Shown here piece after piece: positions 1-9,688 of a stretch of DNA of 64,000 nt. Made by a program: the position numbers and the translations under genes. Location of the stretch: positions 13,420 through 77,419 of the forward strand of contig DLKQ01000013.1 of NCBI GenBank assembly GCA_002477805.1. Direction: 5' to 3'. How positions within the stretch are numbered: the first letter of the stretch is position 1; each line of letters begins with the position of its first letter. The notes below the pieces were generated by a model that had not been told where the DNA came from, made no database searches, and saw nothing but the letters and a program-made list of their open reading frames with translations. This DNA is from Christensenella sp. UBA7584. Its GTDB lineage: Bacteria; Bacillota; Clostridia; Christensenellales; UBA1242.

Positions 1-273
1 CAAAAAATATTATTACTTGATGAGCCCGTTAATGGTCTCGACCCAATAGCTACAGAAGAAATGTATGAAACAATTAAAAAATTAAACGAAAAAGGTATTA
101 CTATAATTATGATTTCTCACGATGTATCTTCAGCTATAAAATATGCAAAACACATTCTTTTTGTAAATAAAACACCATTTTTCGGTACAACTAAAGAATT
201 TAAAGAAAGTGATTTGGGCAAACAATTTGAAAAGTATATAAGCGAACATATAGGAGGTCATCAAGATGGGTAA
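1..273 (+). CDS. ABC transporter ATP-binding protein, C-terminal part (5' end lies outside the window); metal (Zn/Mn) uptake type
   Basis: Frame 1 is open from base 1. It reads QKILLLDEPVNGLDP (Walker B/D-loop) and IIMISHD (H-loop). Its stop overlaps the start of the downstream ABC-3 permease. Confidence 0.85.
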   Translation, partial: QKILLLDEPVNGLDPIATEEMYETIKKLNEKGITIIMISHDVSSAIKYAKHILFVNKTPFFGTTKEFKESDLGKQFEKYISEHIGGHQDG

Positions 274-1120
274 TTTTTTTGAAACATTAGCATTTTATCT
301 ATCTTTTCCTTTTGTTCGCTATGCTATAATTGTGGGAATTTTAATTTCTTTATGTGCTTCTCTATTGGGAGTTACTTTAGTATTAAAGCGTTTTTCATAT
401 ATTGGAGATGGACTTTCACATACTGCTTTTGGAGCAATGGCTATTGGAAGCGTACTAGGACTTACAAACAATATGGTTATAGTCTTACCGATAACAATTA
501 TTTGCGCAATTTTACTATTAAAAACAAGTCAAAATAAAAAAATAAATGGAGATGCACTAATTGCAATTTTATCTGTTAGCGCACTCGCTATAGGTTATCT
601 TTTGTTAAATGTATTTAATGTTTCTTCAAATGTTTCTGGCGATGTTTGCACAACACTTTTTGGTTCAACTTCTATTCTCACACTTTCTTCAAGTGATGTC
701 TGGCTTACAATAGGACTTTCACTGTCTGTTATTTTGTTTTTCATTTTCTTTTACAACAAGATTTTTGCAGTTACATTTGACGAGAATTTTGCAAAAGCTA
801 GCGGAACAAAAACTGGATTACTTAACATTTTGCTTGCAAGTATTATTGCCATTGTGATAGTTATCGCTATGAATTTGGTTGGTTCACTTTTGGTATCAGC
901 ACTTGTAATATTTCCTGCACTTTCAGCTATGCGAGTTTTTAAAAGTTTTAAAGGTGTAATTATTTGCTCTGGAATAATTTCTGTTTTGTGTGCTTTTTTG
1001 GGAATTATTCTTTCTATCTTGGCAGGAACACCGGTTGGTGCAACTATTATACTTGTAGATATTATTTGTTTTATTTTATTTTTCATTATAGGAAAATTCG
1101 CTTTTAGGAAAACAGTATGA
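266..1120 (+). CDS. ABC-3 family metal ABC transporter permease (ZnuB/MntB-like)
   Basis: 284-aa polytopic membrane protein. It has the family-typical segment LKRFSYIGDGLSHTAFGAMAIG and is translationally coupled to the ATPase upstream. Confidence 0.85.
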   Translation: MGNFFETLAFYLSFPFVRYAIIVGILISLCASLLGVTLVLKRFSYIGDGLSHTAFGAMAIGSVLGLTNNMVIVLPITIICAILLLKTSQNKKINGDALIAILSVSALAIGYLLLNVFNVSSNVSGDVCTTLFGSTSILTLSSSDVWLTIGLSLSVILFFIFFYNKIFAVTFDENFAKASGTKTGLLNILLASIIAIVIVIAMNLVGSLLVSALVIFPALSAMRVFKSFKGVIICSGIISVLCAFLGIILSILAGTPVGATIILVDIICFILFFIIGKFAFRKTV

Positions 1121-1548
1121 AATCAAAATTGAAAAATTTTTTTATGATATTATCACTTATCTTTATGTTCGGAATCGTACTTGTTTCTATTGGTATTTGT
1201 GGCAGAAAAGTTGATACTACTGGTAATTATATTGACCTTACAAATATGAATAGCACAATGGTATATTCTCAAGTTTACAATATATTATCTAATCCAAATG
1301 AATATAAGGGAAAAACAATAAAAGCAAGCGGAACCCATAGAGTGTATTATGACGATGCCACTGGTACAACTTATCATACTGTAATAATAACTGATGCCTT
1401 AGGTTGTTGTTCACAAGGTTTAGAATTTGAATTATCAACTAAAAATTATCCTGAGGAAAAAAAGTATATCACCATAGAAGGAACTTTTGAAACATATATA
1501 GAAAATGGAAATGTCTATTGTTATTTGAAATCATCAAAGATTGTTTGA
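1117..1548 (+). CDS. Small membrane-anchored protein; its soluble domain resembles the C-terminal CC-motif domain of DUF1980/TIGR03943 proteins
   Basis: ATGA overlap with the permease stop. One N-terminal TM helix. NPNEYKGKTIKASG...ITDALGCCSQGLEFEL resembles, from memory, the domain found next to metal transporters. Needs an HMM check. Confidence 0.6.
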   Translation: MKSKLKNFFMILSLIFMFGIVLVSIGICGRKVDTTGNYIDLTNMNSTMVYSQVYNILSNPNEYKGKTIKASGTHRVYYDDATGTTYHTVIITDALGCCSQGLEFELSTKNYPEEKKYITIEGTFETYIENGNVYCYLKSSKIV

Positions 1549-1733
1549 TTAATTAATTTAATTATACATATTCTTTTCTTTTACAAAAAATTTTTATAGT
1601 ATCAATACAGCTTAAGCCAACATTTACAAAACTTATCCAAATTAAATAAAACGTCAATATTTGAGTTTGCTTAAAAATGCAAATACAGTATTACTCACTT
1701 ACACAAATACAAATAGCAAAATAGCTAAAAAAT

Positions 1734-1764
1734 AAAAAATCGCCAAGCAGTTAGCGATTTTTTG
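1734..1764. terminator. Bidirectional intrinsic terminator between the ABC operon and the helicase gene
   Basis: AAAAAATCGC-caagcagtta-GCGATTTTTT: a stem flanked by an A-run and a T-run. Confidence 0.6.
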
Positions 1765-1939
1765 TTAAACATTATAAAAATAATTTGAATTTTTATTAAC
1801 CACTTTAAAAAGCAACATTCTAAAAAAGTTAGATTTTTTATAATTATTCCTGATTTTTGAAGTGATTGTTAAAATTAGTAAAATTACGCTCAAGCATTTT
1901 ATAATCAAATGAAAGGTTTGATGTGAATTTTAAGTACAA

Positions 1940-4900
1940 TTATTTTTTCGCTTTATTAGATTTTTTTTGATATGCAATTTTAGCTTTTCCAATTTCTTTT
2001 ACAATGGAATTTAGAACTTTGGTTTTGTGAAGATAATAATCCCTACTCCAAACACGCATAATATTCCAGCCACGAGATTTTAAAAATGCAGGTCTAAAAA
2101 CATCACGCTCTAAAACAGATGGAGAAGATAGAAAAGCACTATAGTCACATTCTATGCCAAGTAAATACCTATCTAGTTGTTTATCATAAACAGCCACACT
2201 AATTTTGTAGTTGGTATTGCCGAGGTTTGTTTCAACCTTGTAACCCAAACGCTCAAGCTCAGCTTTTAAGTCGGCTTCAATATTACCTAGCTCTACTTTT
2301 GGTTTTTGTTCTGTTTGAATTCTTGCTTGATTTAAAATAATTTCGGTTTCAACACTATTACCACTAGACACAGCACGGACATATCTGAGATAATTCTTGA
2401 AGATTTTTGGCCCCATATTTTTTGTTGAATCTACATTGAGTTCTTCTGGTTCAATACTCGTCACAACATAAATTTTTTCTTTTGCACGGGTAATTGCAAC
2501 ATTTAGCCTATTTTCACCACCTTCTAGTGATAAAGGCCCAAAATTAGCCACAACCCTACCTAGTTCATTACGTGCATAACCAATACTAAATATTATTATA
2601 TCTCTCTCATCACCCTGAACATTCTCTAGATTTTTGACAAACATACTAATATCTTCACCATTTTCTTTTCGGTTTTCTTCTTTCAAAATATAATCTTTGA
2701 ATTTTGGATTAATACTACATTCTTTGTCTATAGCGTCTTCAATGGTAGATTCTTGTTCAGCGTTAAAAGTAATAATACCTATAGACTGATTATTTTTTCG
2801 AGTAGCAAAAATTTTCTTTAATATTTCAACCACAGCATTTGCTTCGGCAGTATTACTTCGGTTTATCCACTTTCCATTGACTTTGATTCGCTCTATTGGT
2901 TTGTAATTTTTATTCTTAGTAATGTTTGGCGAAATTTGCAACTTTCCTTCATAAAAACTTTCATTTGAAAAGTTGATGAGCTCTTCATTTTTACTACGAT
3001 AGTGATAAGTCAAATTGGCACTTTTGTATCTTGTCATTGCAAGGTCTAACAAGCTTTCAACCTCTAACGCGGCTTGTGTTGAATAATCCATAGTGTCATC
3101 AAAATCGCCACCCAAGAACCTTTTAACAAACATAGCAGTTGGTCTGAGCTGTTTAGAGTCTCCCGCAACCACAATATTCTTTCCACGATAAATTACTGGC
3201 AAAGTGTTTTCGATAAATACCTGTGAAGCTTCATCAAAAAGTATAACATCAAATAAATTTTTAACAAGTGGCAAAATAGTGCAAACACTTTCAGGCGATA
3301 AAAGCCAACAAGGAAACAATTTGTAAAGGTACTCTCCGTAAACTTCCATAAATTTTCGGATAGGCCACTGATTTTGAGTTTTACTAATTTGATACAAATA
3401 GTTTTTGCTATCAGTAGATTTCTGATAGTATTTTTGGTAGTCTAAAGTAAATTGTTCTAAGCATATCTCTTTAGAAATTTTATTCAAATCTAGTTTTAGT
3501 GAAAGAATACGATTTTTGATATTATCATAGTCAAGAATGTGCGATAATTCGGACTTAAATTTGTCCTCTAGGGCAGTTATTTCGTGATAAATTCGAATAT
3601 TTTTGATTTTATTAACAGTTTCTAAGTATTTTAACTTTGTATCTGAAGTTTTGTATGCAAATTTGAGAATTGTTTTTTCATCTTCGGTCAGAGTGTTTAA
3701 ATTGGTACTTAAATCTCTAAATTCAACATAATTATCCAAAGCCTTTAACAAATATTTTGGATACTGTGTGTTGCCATTTAGGATATTGTCTATCATCATA
3801 CTATAACCGTTTTGGGTAAGCACATCTTGTAAAAATTGGTATTCTAAGGTGTACTCTTTTATCTCTTCCATTGTTTTTATAAATTCTTGCTTAATCTCGT
3901 TTTCAAGTTTGTTTTTAGAGTGTAATTTGAAAGGAAGAGTTGGCAAAAATACATAGCTTTTTCGGACTGAACTATAGACTTTTGGATAATTTGTCTTTCC
4001 GACAAAACTAACAAGTGAATCAATGTTATCAAACTTGAGTTTGTTGTCAATAAAAAATGCTACAAATTGTCTAGAATTTGGGTATTTGGACATATCAAAC
4101 GGAGCAACTCTATTTTGTAATATCTTGCTAAGTTTTTGTTTCGTTTCATTGATAGTATGAAATTCCAAATCTTCTCTAATATTTCCAACAAAAGGGTTCG
4201 ACTTTTTCGCTTCTACAAACTTGTAATAAAGTTCGGCCTTGTTTTTTTCTTTAATCAGTCTCAAGCTTTCGTTTAGTCTTGAATAGTTTAGTTCTAACAA
4301 TTTTTTGTTTTGTAACATATTTTGATAAATCACATATTCAATACTTTTCTTTCCAATAAGAGTAGAACTTGCATACATCTGCCCAAGTGACAAACCAAAT
4401 TCAGTCGGAGTAAACAAAACATCACTAATTTCTTTTAAAGCGTTTTCTTCATTTAAAAGTTTTTCGCTAGTTTCGTCATATTTTTCTTTTGCAACAAAAA
4501 AATTGGAATTAATTACCTGTTCGTGGCAAGTACGCACTCTTTCGTAAAATGCACTCTTCTTTTTGTCTGCATCGGTTAGAAACATTACTTTAGAATTCAA
4601 ATCGCCCAAACGGTTGTAAACAACATCTAAAGCAGCTCTCTTTTGAGAGACAACGAGCACTTTTTTATGTTTCGCTATTGCATCAGTAATAATATTTACT
4701 ATTGTCTGAGATTTTCCTGTTCCTGGTGGCCCATAAATAACCATATTACCACTTTTGTTCAAACATTCTACAGCATTTTGCTGTGCGTAATCCAAACTAC
4801 TAACAGTGTATGTACGAGAGTCAATATTTGAGCTAGCTTTTACTGGCTTAGCGTATAGTAATTCATCAATCGCGTCATTTGTCAATCTCTTTTTTTCAAG

Positions 4901-5755
4901 TAAAGAATAATCATTGTAAATACTATTTGCGAGTGGATATTTTCCGAGTACAGCACAGTGTTTAACTTCAAGCCATTGCCCAACTGGTACTTCTTTTGTT
5001 TTTTCGTAAGGAAAAAGTCCCTTTCGCGAGCTGTAAGAAATTTTTATGCCAAACTTTTTCAAGCTTTCTATCAACTGGCCAACATCTTTGTATTTGGTTG
5101 AAATAGAACTCTTGAACTCAGTTTCCAACTCTTCAAGATTTTTTAATTTATGTTTTTGTGCATAGGCTAAAATTAACACCTTGTTGAGCTGAACGTGTTC
5201 GTTGGTTCGAGGTTCAATATTAACAGTGCTTTCATTTACGACATCAATTGTTACTGGAAAAAGAACAAGGGGTGCTTTTACTTCTATATCCTTGCCAATA
5301 AATCCTTGAACAAATGGGTATCCAACATAAAGTTCGTACCTACCTGTTTCCTTTTCAAACTCTTCTATTTCTCTTTTTAAACTTACAACTAGACTCACTT
5401 GAGACAAAATGGTGCGTTTAATTTCTTCTCGCTTTTTTCTTTCTAACTTCAAGCACTCACTACTTTTTTCCACCCCTTCCAAATTTTCTAGTTCTGCCTT
5501 TTGTTTTGTGTATTTTTGTTCAATACCCAAATTTTTGGAAATCCGTTCACTGCTATCCTTGCCAATAATATTAAAAGCATATTTGTTCCCTTTCCACAAA
5601 AAATCTACAAGCTCTTTGGTTGATTCATAATCACCCTCAAATAATCTGCCAATATCAAAACTATTTTTTCGACTAATTTTTTTGGAAAAAAGACTTCTGT
5701 TTTTTCCACTAATCTCTACCAATCTTTCTTTGTAATATGTGTAAATGCTTTTCAT
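1940..5755 (-). CDS. Stand-alone SF1B (Upf1/DNA2-like, AAA_11/AAA_12) helicase with a DUF4011-like N-terminus and a C-terminal DUF559/Vsr-type nuclease-like domain
   Basis: AAGGAG RBS. Walker A GPPGTGKSQT (nt 4709-4732). Also ILFDEASQ, VVAGDSKQLRPT, YHYRS, GIITFNAEQ, VQGDERD and NVAITRAK. The last ~110 aa (LGIECDYSAF...RDVFR...GWNIMRVWSRDY) look like a PD-(D/E)xK fold. Confidence 0.85.
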   Translation of the reverse strand: MKSIYTYYKERLVEISGKNRSLFSKKISRKNSFDIGRLFEGDYESTKELVDFLWKGNKYAFNIIGKDSSERISKNLGIEQKYTKQKAELENLEGVEKSSECLKLERKKREEIKRTILSQVSLVVSLKREIEEFEKETGRYELYVGYPFVQGFIGKDIEVKAPLVLFPVTIDVVNESTVNIEPRTNEHVQLNKVLILAYAQKHKLKNLEELETEFKSSISTKYKDVGQLIESLKKFGIKISYSSRKGLFPYEKTKEVPVGQWLEVKHCAVLGKYPLANSIYNDYSLLEKKRLTNDAIDELLYAKPVKASSNIDSRTYTVSSLDYAQQNAVECLNKSGNMVIYGPPGTGKSQTIVNIITDAIAKHKKVLVVSQKRAALDVVYNRLGDLNSKVMFLTDADKKKSAFYERVRTCHEQVINSNFFVAKEKYDETSEKLLNEENALKEISDVLFTPTEFGLSLGQMYASSTLIGKKSIEYVIYQNMLQNKKLLELNYSRLNESLRLIKEKNKAELYYKFVEAKKSNPFVGNIREDLEFHTINETKQKLSKILQNRVAPFDMSKYPNSRQFVAFFIDNKLKFDNIDSLVSFVGKTNYPKVYSSVRKSYVFLPTLPFKLHSKNKLENEIKQEFIKTMEEIKEYTLEYQFLQDVLTQNGYSMMIDNILNGNTQYPKYLLKALDNYVEFRDLSTNLNTLTEDEKTILKFAYKTSDTKLKYLETVNKIKNIRIYHEITALEDKFKSELSHILDYDNIKNRILSLKLDLNKISKEICLEQFTLDYQKYYQKSTDSKNYLYQISKTQNQWPIRKFMEVYGEYLYKLFPCWLLSPESVCTILPLVKNLFDVILFDEASQVFIENTLPVIYRGKNIVVAGDSKQLRPTAMFVKRFLGGDFDDTMDYSTQAALEVESLLDLAMTRYKSANLTYHYRSKNEELINFSNESFYEGKLQISPNITKNKNYKPIERIKVNGKWINRSNTAEANAVVEILKKIFATRKNNQSIGIITFNAEQESTIEDAIDKECSINPKFKDYILKEENRKENGEDISMFVKNLENVQGDERDIIIFSIGYARNELGRVVANFGPLSLEGGENRLNVAITRAKEKIYVVTSIEPEELNVDSTKNMGPKIFKNYLRYVRAVSSGNSVETEIILNQARIQTEQKPKVELGNIEADLKAELERLGYKVETNLGNTNYKISVAVYDKQLDRYLLGIECDYSAFLSSPSVLERDVFRPAFLKSRGWNIMRVWSRDYYLHKTKVLNSIVKEIGKAKIAYQKKSNKAKK

Positions 5756-5850
5756 CTTTCGCTCCTTTGACTAAAAATAATTATAGCAAAAACATATACA
5801 ACAATTCAATTGTTTTTACTAAATTTGTTTGAATAATTTTTGGTTAATCA

Positions 5851-5882
5851 AAAATAACACCAGATACCTGATGTTATTTTTA
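5851..5882. terminator. Hairpin terminator downstream of the GT2 gene
   Basis: AAAATAACACCAG-atac-CTGATGTTATTTT with one mismatch. A-run on one side and T-run on the other. Confidence 0.5.
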
Positions 5883-5999
5883 TAAAAAATTCCCTTAAAA
5901 TTCTACAAACAATTTTTGCGAAAATTTCTCATTTGTTTTAAATTTGTAGAATTTTTTATTTCACCCAGTAATCCTCTTATAGAGCAGTCTTTTTAAAAG

Positions 6000-8195
6000 T
6001 TATTTAGTTTTCTGACTTTTGCTCAGTTTTTTCTTTTTAAATTTGTTATTTGGCATTTTTAAAGTTTTACCTTTTACTGTTTTCTTTTTGTATTGTGGCC
6101 TACTTTCATTTACCAAACTATTGTCACCTTTATTTTCATTATCATCGTTTATTTCAGGCTGAGCATCGCTATAAACGTTTTTGCCTAAACTTTCATCACA
6201 AGAAGTGTTTGATTTAGATTTTTCGCTTTCAATACCGCTATTATTTAAAATGCATTCTTTTGTATCAGCTCTTTCTGTTTCACTATCTAAAATTTCGCTT
6301 GGTTGACTTTCTACCACATCGTCTTTAATTAAATCATCGCTAGTTTGAATGTTTTTATTAGCAATGTTTTCACAAGCAATATTTGTGTCTACACACGAAA
6401 TTGTTTTTGATTTTTTCTTGCCATAGTTAGAAAAATCACTTTCGCTGTCAAAAAGGTCACGAATTATAGTTTCTTGGAAAGCAATACTTTTTAAATCTAC
6501 ATTACTTTCTCCGCCACAAACAGCCACAGCCTTGTTAGCTTTTAGAGTATAAGCAAAAGTTGTGTTAATTTTTAAACTAACCATTGTTGTTTTTCGGTCT
6601 ATTTCCTTAGTCTGCTTTTCACTATATTTTTTGTTTGAAAAGAAAAGTAAAAAGAATGAGAGATAACCTGTAATAATTATCAAAATAACAGGGAACGGAC
6701 TTTTGCTGAAAATTAGCGAAACCGCAAGTAGAATTGATGAAAACAAAAATTCTTTCCATTGAAATAATAGTGCATAGCCTAAGTTAATTTTGTTTGAAGT
6801 TTTAGGGGTTACAATAAATTTTGCCTTCTTTCCGAAAAGCCCCAAAATTGCACTGATTAGTGAGGTTGTAAGCATAGAACCATACAAAATAATAACGCAC
6901 AAAAGATAAAATAGAGACCTGAAAATATTAATTCTAAACATCCAATAAAATACATCATTTAGCATTGGCGAGAAAAAGAATATTATCGTTGGAATTACCA
7001 TCCAGAGTACATAAACCTTACCCAAATCTAGTCCAAGAAGTGGTGCAAAAATGAGGTTTAGAAAAATGAAAAACGCAAAAATTGCAGTGAGTGGCAAATT
7101 GTATGTAAACAAAACAATATCCATTTTTTCATACCACTTCATTTTTGATTTGGCTATCTTTTTTGAATATCTTTTAATAAATTCCAAATTCCCTTGAGTC
7201 CACTTTGAATGCCTCTTTTTGAAAGCAACATAGTCAATAGGATATTCTTCCGAACACACAATATTTGGAGCAAAAGCAACATAGTATCCAGCACTGCGTG
7301 CTTCTATCGAAAGACAAAGGTCTTCAGCAACCAGGTTTGGAAAGCCACCAACTTTTTCATAACAATCTCTCTTTATCATTGCACCGTGACCAAGCATTGA
7401 TGAAAAACCATAAAAATGTTTCATAGTCTGATAAGTAGGCCAGTGTGAATTTACACCAATATGAAAGAGTTTCATAAAGAAATTTCGGTTTCTTGTTGAA
7501 ACGTGATTCGCTTGCACAACACCTACATTATCATAAGCGTAAAAATATTTTAACGACTCAACAACATAGTTTGGTGGTAAAATTTCATCACTATCAAGTA
7601 TAACAACAAAGTCATACCCCCCCCCACAATCTACAAGCTCGGACATTAGGTAATTGTTGATATTTCCAGCTTTAAAGCCTTTTCTATCCGCTCTGCGAAC
7701 AACTTCAACATTATACTTTGCCCCAAATTCGTCTACTTGTTTTTTGTAGTTTTCATCAGACGAATCATCAAGAATAACAGTTCGAACATTTTTGTATGTC
7801 TGTTGCATAGACCTTTCTAAACTGTGACCGTCAAAATCATTGCAAGTGCAGTATACCATAAGCACTTTGTCGTTTACTTTTGATACATCGGTATTAATAA
7901 CTTCTTCAAATCTTTTGTTAAGTTTTTTTCTAGCACACACGTACCAAATAACATAAATAAAATCTTTTACACCATTTAGCCAAAAGTATGAAATAAATAC
8001 CGCATTTAAAACTAGAAGTATTGTTGCAAACACTCGAAGAGTTGTTGTCTGCGAAACGTCATCTTTAAATGGAGTATCTATAAAACTTTTTACAAAGTAA
8101 TACCACAAAAATGCAATGAGAGCAGTCCAAATAACCAGCATAAGAAGATATAAAATAGGGCTCTTTTTCATTGTTTTCTTTTCTTTCGTTTCCAT
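6000..8195 (-). CDS. Membrane-embedded processive family-2 glycosyltransferase (cellulose-synthase-like) with a ~230-aa low-complexity C-terminal tail
   Basis: Start moved to METKEKK, which has a GGGGGAAATT RBS. Motifs ILDDSSD, GFKAGNINNYL, LDSDE, VAEDLCLS and RHSKWTQGN (a QxxRW-type motif). Multiple TM helices flank the catalytic domain. Confidence 0.85.
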   Translation of the reverse strand: METKEKKTMKKSPILYLLMLVIWTALIAFLWYYFVKSFIDTPFKDDVSQTTTLRVFATILLVLNAVFISYFWLNGVKDFIYVIWYVCARKKLNKRFEEVINTDVSKVNDKVLMVYCTCNDFDGHSLERSMQQTYKNVRTVILDDSSDENYKKQVDEFGAKYNVEVVRRADRKGFKAGNINNYLMSELVDCGGGYDFVVILDSDEILPPNYVVESLKYFYAYDNVGVVQANHVSTRNRNFFMKLFHIGVNSHWPTYQTMKHFYGFSSMLGHGAMIKRDCYEKVGGFPNLVAEDLCLSIEARSAGYYVAFAPNIVCSEEYPIDYVAFKKRHSKWTQGNLEFIKRYSKKIAKSKMKWYEKMDIVLFTYNLPLTAIFAFFIFLNLIFAPLLGLDLGKVYVLWMVIPTIIFFFSPMLNDVFYWMFRINIFRSLFYLLCVIILYGSMLTTSLISAILGLFGKKAKFIVTPKTSNKINLGYALLFQWKEFLFSSILLAVSLIFSKSPFPVILIIITGYLSFFLLFFSNKKYSEKQTKEIDRKTTMVSLKINTTFAYTLKANKAVAVCGGESNVDLKSIAFQETIIRDLFDSESDFSNYGKKKSKTISCVDTNIACENIANKNIQTSDDLIKDDVVESQPSEILDSETERADTKECILNNSGIESEKSKSNTSCDESLGKNVYSDAQPEINDDNENKGDNSLVNESRPQYKKKTVKGKTLKMPNNKFKKKKLSKSQKTK

Positions 8196-8476
8196 AATTT
8201 CCCCCTGGATAAAACACAATCATTATACTAAATAACAGTATTTTTGTCAATAAATAAAAGCACAAACAACAATTTTATACAAATTTATGCAATTTTGCCT
8301 TAATTTTGTATCAATATTATAATATTTGATTAAGTTTTTCACTAATTCAAAATAGTTAAAAATCAAAAAATATCTTAAGAATCTCAAAATTTTGATAAAA
8401 TAAGAATTTTGTCATCAAGCATCTTTTTAGTTAAAACTGTACGTGTACACAATTCTTTTTAAACCATTTTCTAAAC

Positions 8477-9496
8477 TTATGAGATTTTCATAACTGTGAG
8501 CGTTGCACCTGGCCCACCATTTGCGTCAATTCTTTTTGCATTGATTACAACTGGTACAAGTGTGAGTGAACTTCCAGCCTGCAAATTTAGCACAAATTGT
8601 CCGCTTGAAGTTGATGATTCGCTAAGCGGTCTTGCTGTGTTGTTATCCCTCACGCCATTAATTGCTAGCGCAATTCCATCGGTACCAGCAGCGCCAGAAG
8701 CCCTATTGACATAATAAGCCACAAAGTAAGTCCCAGCATCTGGAACTGTTATTGAATTTTCAGTAATTATCATTCTGTTATTTGTCAATGTTCTAAAAAG
8801 TGAAATAGGCACACCTGTCGAAATGTCCTGCCCAGCCATATTCAAAATGGTTGCATTAATATTTTGCTCCACGCCTTTTGCCCCAGTTGCACCGCGTGGA
8901 ATATAAAAATTAAAAATTGCATTTTGCTCCGAACCAACGTTGGTTACACTAGCTTCTTCTTCGGGTTCTACCACACTAACATCGCCCACCATAATTGTTG
9001 CCGAAGCCCCGTTTTGCCCAGTCGCTCCACGAGGAATAGAAAAATCAAGAACCAATTTTTCTGCATCACCACTATTTGCAACAACAGCTTTTTCACCTGG
9101 TTCAAGAGTCGTTGTAGTGCCCACACTCACAGAGGTAGTTTTCCCAACTTCCCCTTTGTCTCCTTTTTCCCCCTTTTGACCCACATCGCCTTTTTCACCT
9201 TTTTGCCCAACTTCTCCTTTCTCACCTTTTTCACCTTTTGGAATGACAAAATTGAAATAGGCTCTTTCACCTGTTTGCCTTAACTCCACTTTTGCTGGCG
9301 TGTTAGGAAGTCCTGTTGTGGTCGAATCAACAAAAACCTGCACTACTGAGCCTGTTGCTCCTGTTGCACCTGTTTTACCTCTAGCACCTGTTGCACCTTT
9401 TATTATATGAAAAGGTTGACCTCCTAAATTGGAACCATTCACAACAAAATGTGCTAAATTGTTTCCATTTTGTCCGTAACCATTGTTATATGTCAT
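8477..9496 (-). CDS. Collagen-like triple-helix repeat protein with a BclA/C1q-like C-terminal domain (exosporium or surface filament type)
   Basis: G-X-Y runs GATGARGKTGATGATG (aa 34-49) and GEKGEKGEVGQKGEKGDVGQKGEKGDKGEVG (aa 88-118, nt 9143-9235). Three F-x-F-x-IP-[KR]-G junction motifs. A C-terminal ~130-aa beta-rich domain. AAGGAG RBS. Confidence 0.8.
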   Translation of the reverse strand: MTYNNGYGQNGNNLAHFVVNGSNLGGQPFHIIKGATGARGKTGATGATGSVVQVFVDSTTTGLPNTPAKVELRQTGERAYFNFVIPKGEKGEKGEVGQKGEKGDVGQKGEKGDKGEVGKTTSVSVGTTTTLEPGEKAVVANSGDAEKLVLDFSIPRGATGQNGASATIMVGDVSVVEPEEEASVTNVGSEQNAIFNFYIPRGATGAKGVEQNINATILNMAGQDISTGVPISLFRTLTNNRMIITENSITVPDAGTYFVAYYVNRASGAAGTDGIALAINGVRDNNTARPLSESSTSSGQFVLNLQAGSSLTLVPVVINAKRIDANGGPGATLTVMKIS

Positions 9497-9632
9497 AAAA
9501 ACTCCTTGCTATAACATTTTATTACTAAAACTGTTTTTATGACACTATCAAAATTATAAATTTAGTTTTAATAGCTTTTACAACACAAAAAAGGCAAAAC
9601 TTGAAAAAATTAATTTTTTTTAAAATTACATA

Positions 9633-9661
9633 TTGAAATTTTATACAAAATATGATATAAT
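9633..9661 (+). promoter_or_regulatory. Sigma-A type promoter for the 9689 gene
   Basis: TTGAAA, a 17-nt spacer, then TGaTATAAT (extended -10). It lies 28 nt upstream of the ATG. Confidence 0.55.
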
Positions 9662-9688
9662 ACAAAAGGTTAAAAGGGAGTGAAAATT

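Noticed and set aside
751-1086. 111-aa minus-strand ORF inside the ABC permease gene, and similar antisense ORFs in argS, polA, tex, thrS, mnmG, parB and DUF1538
   Set aside because: They are antisense to strongly supported housekeeping genes, with no RBS or recognisable motifs.
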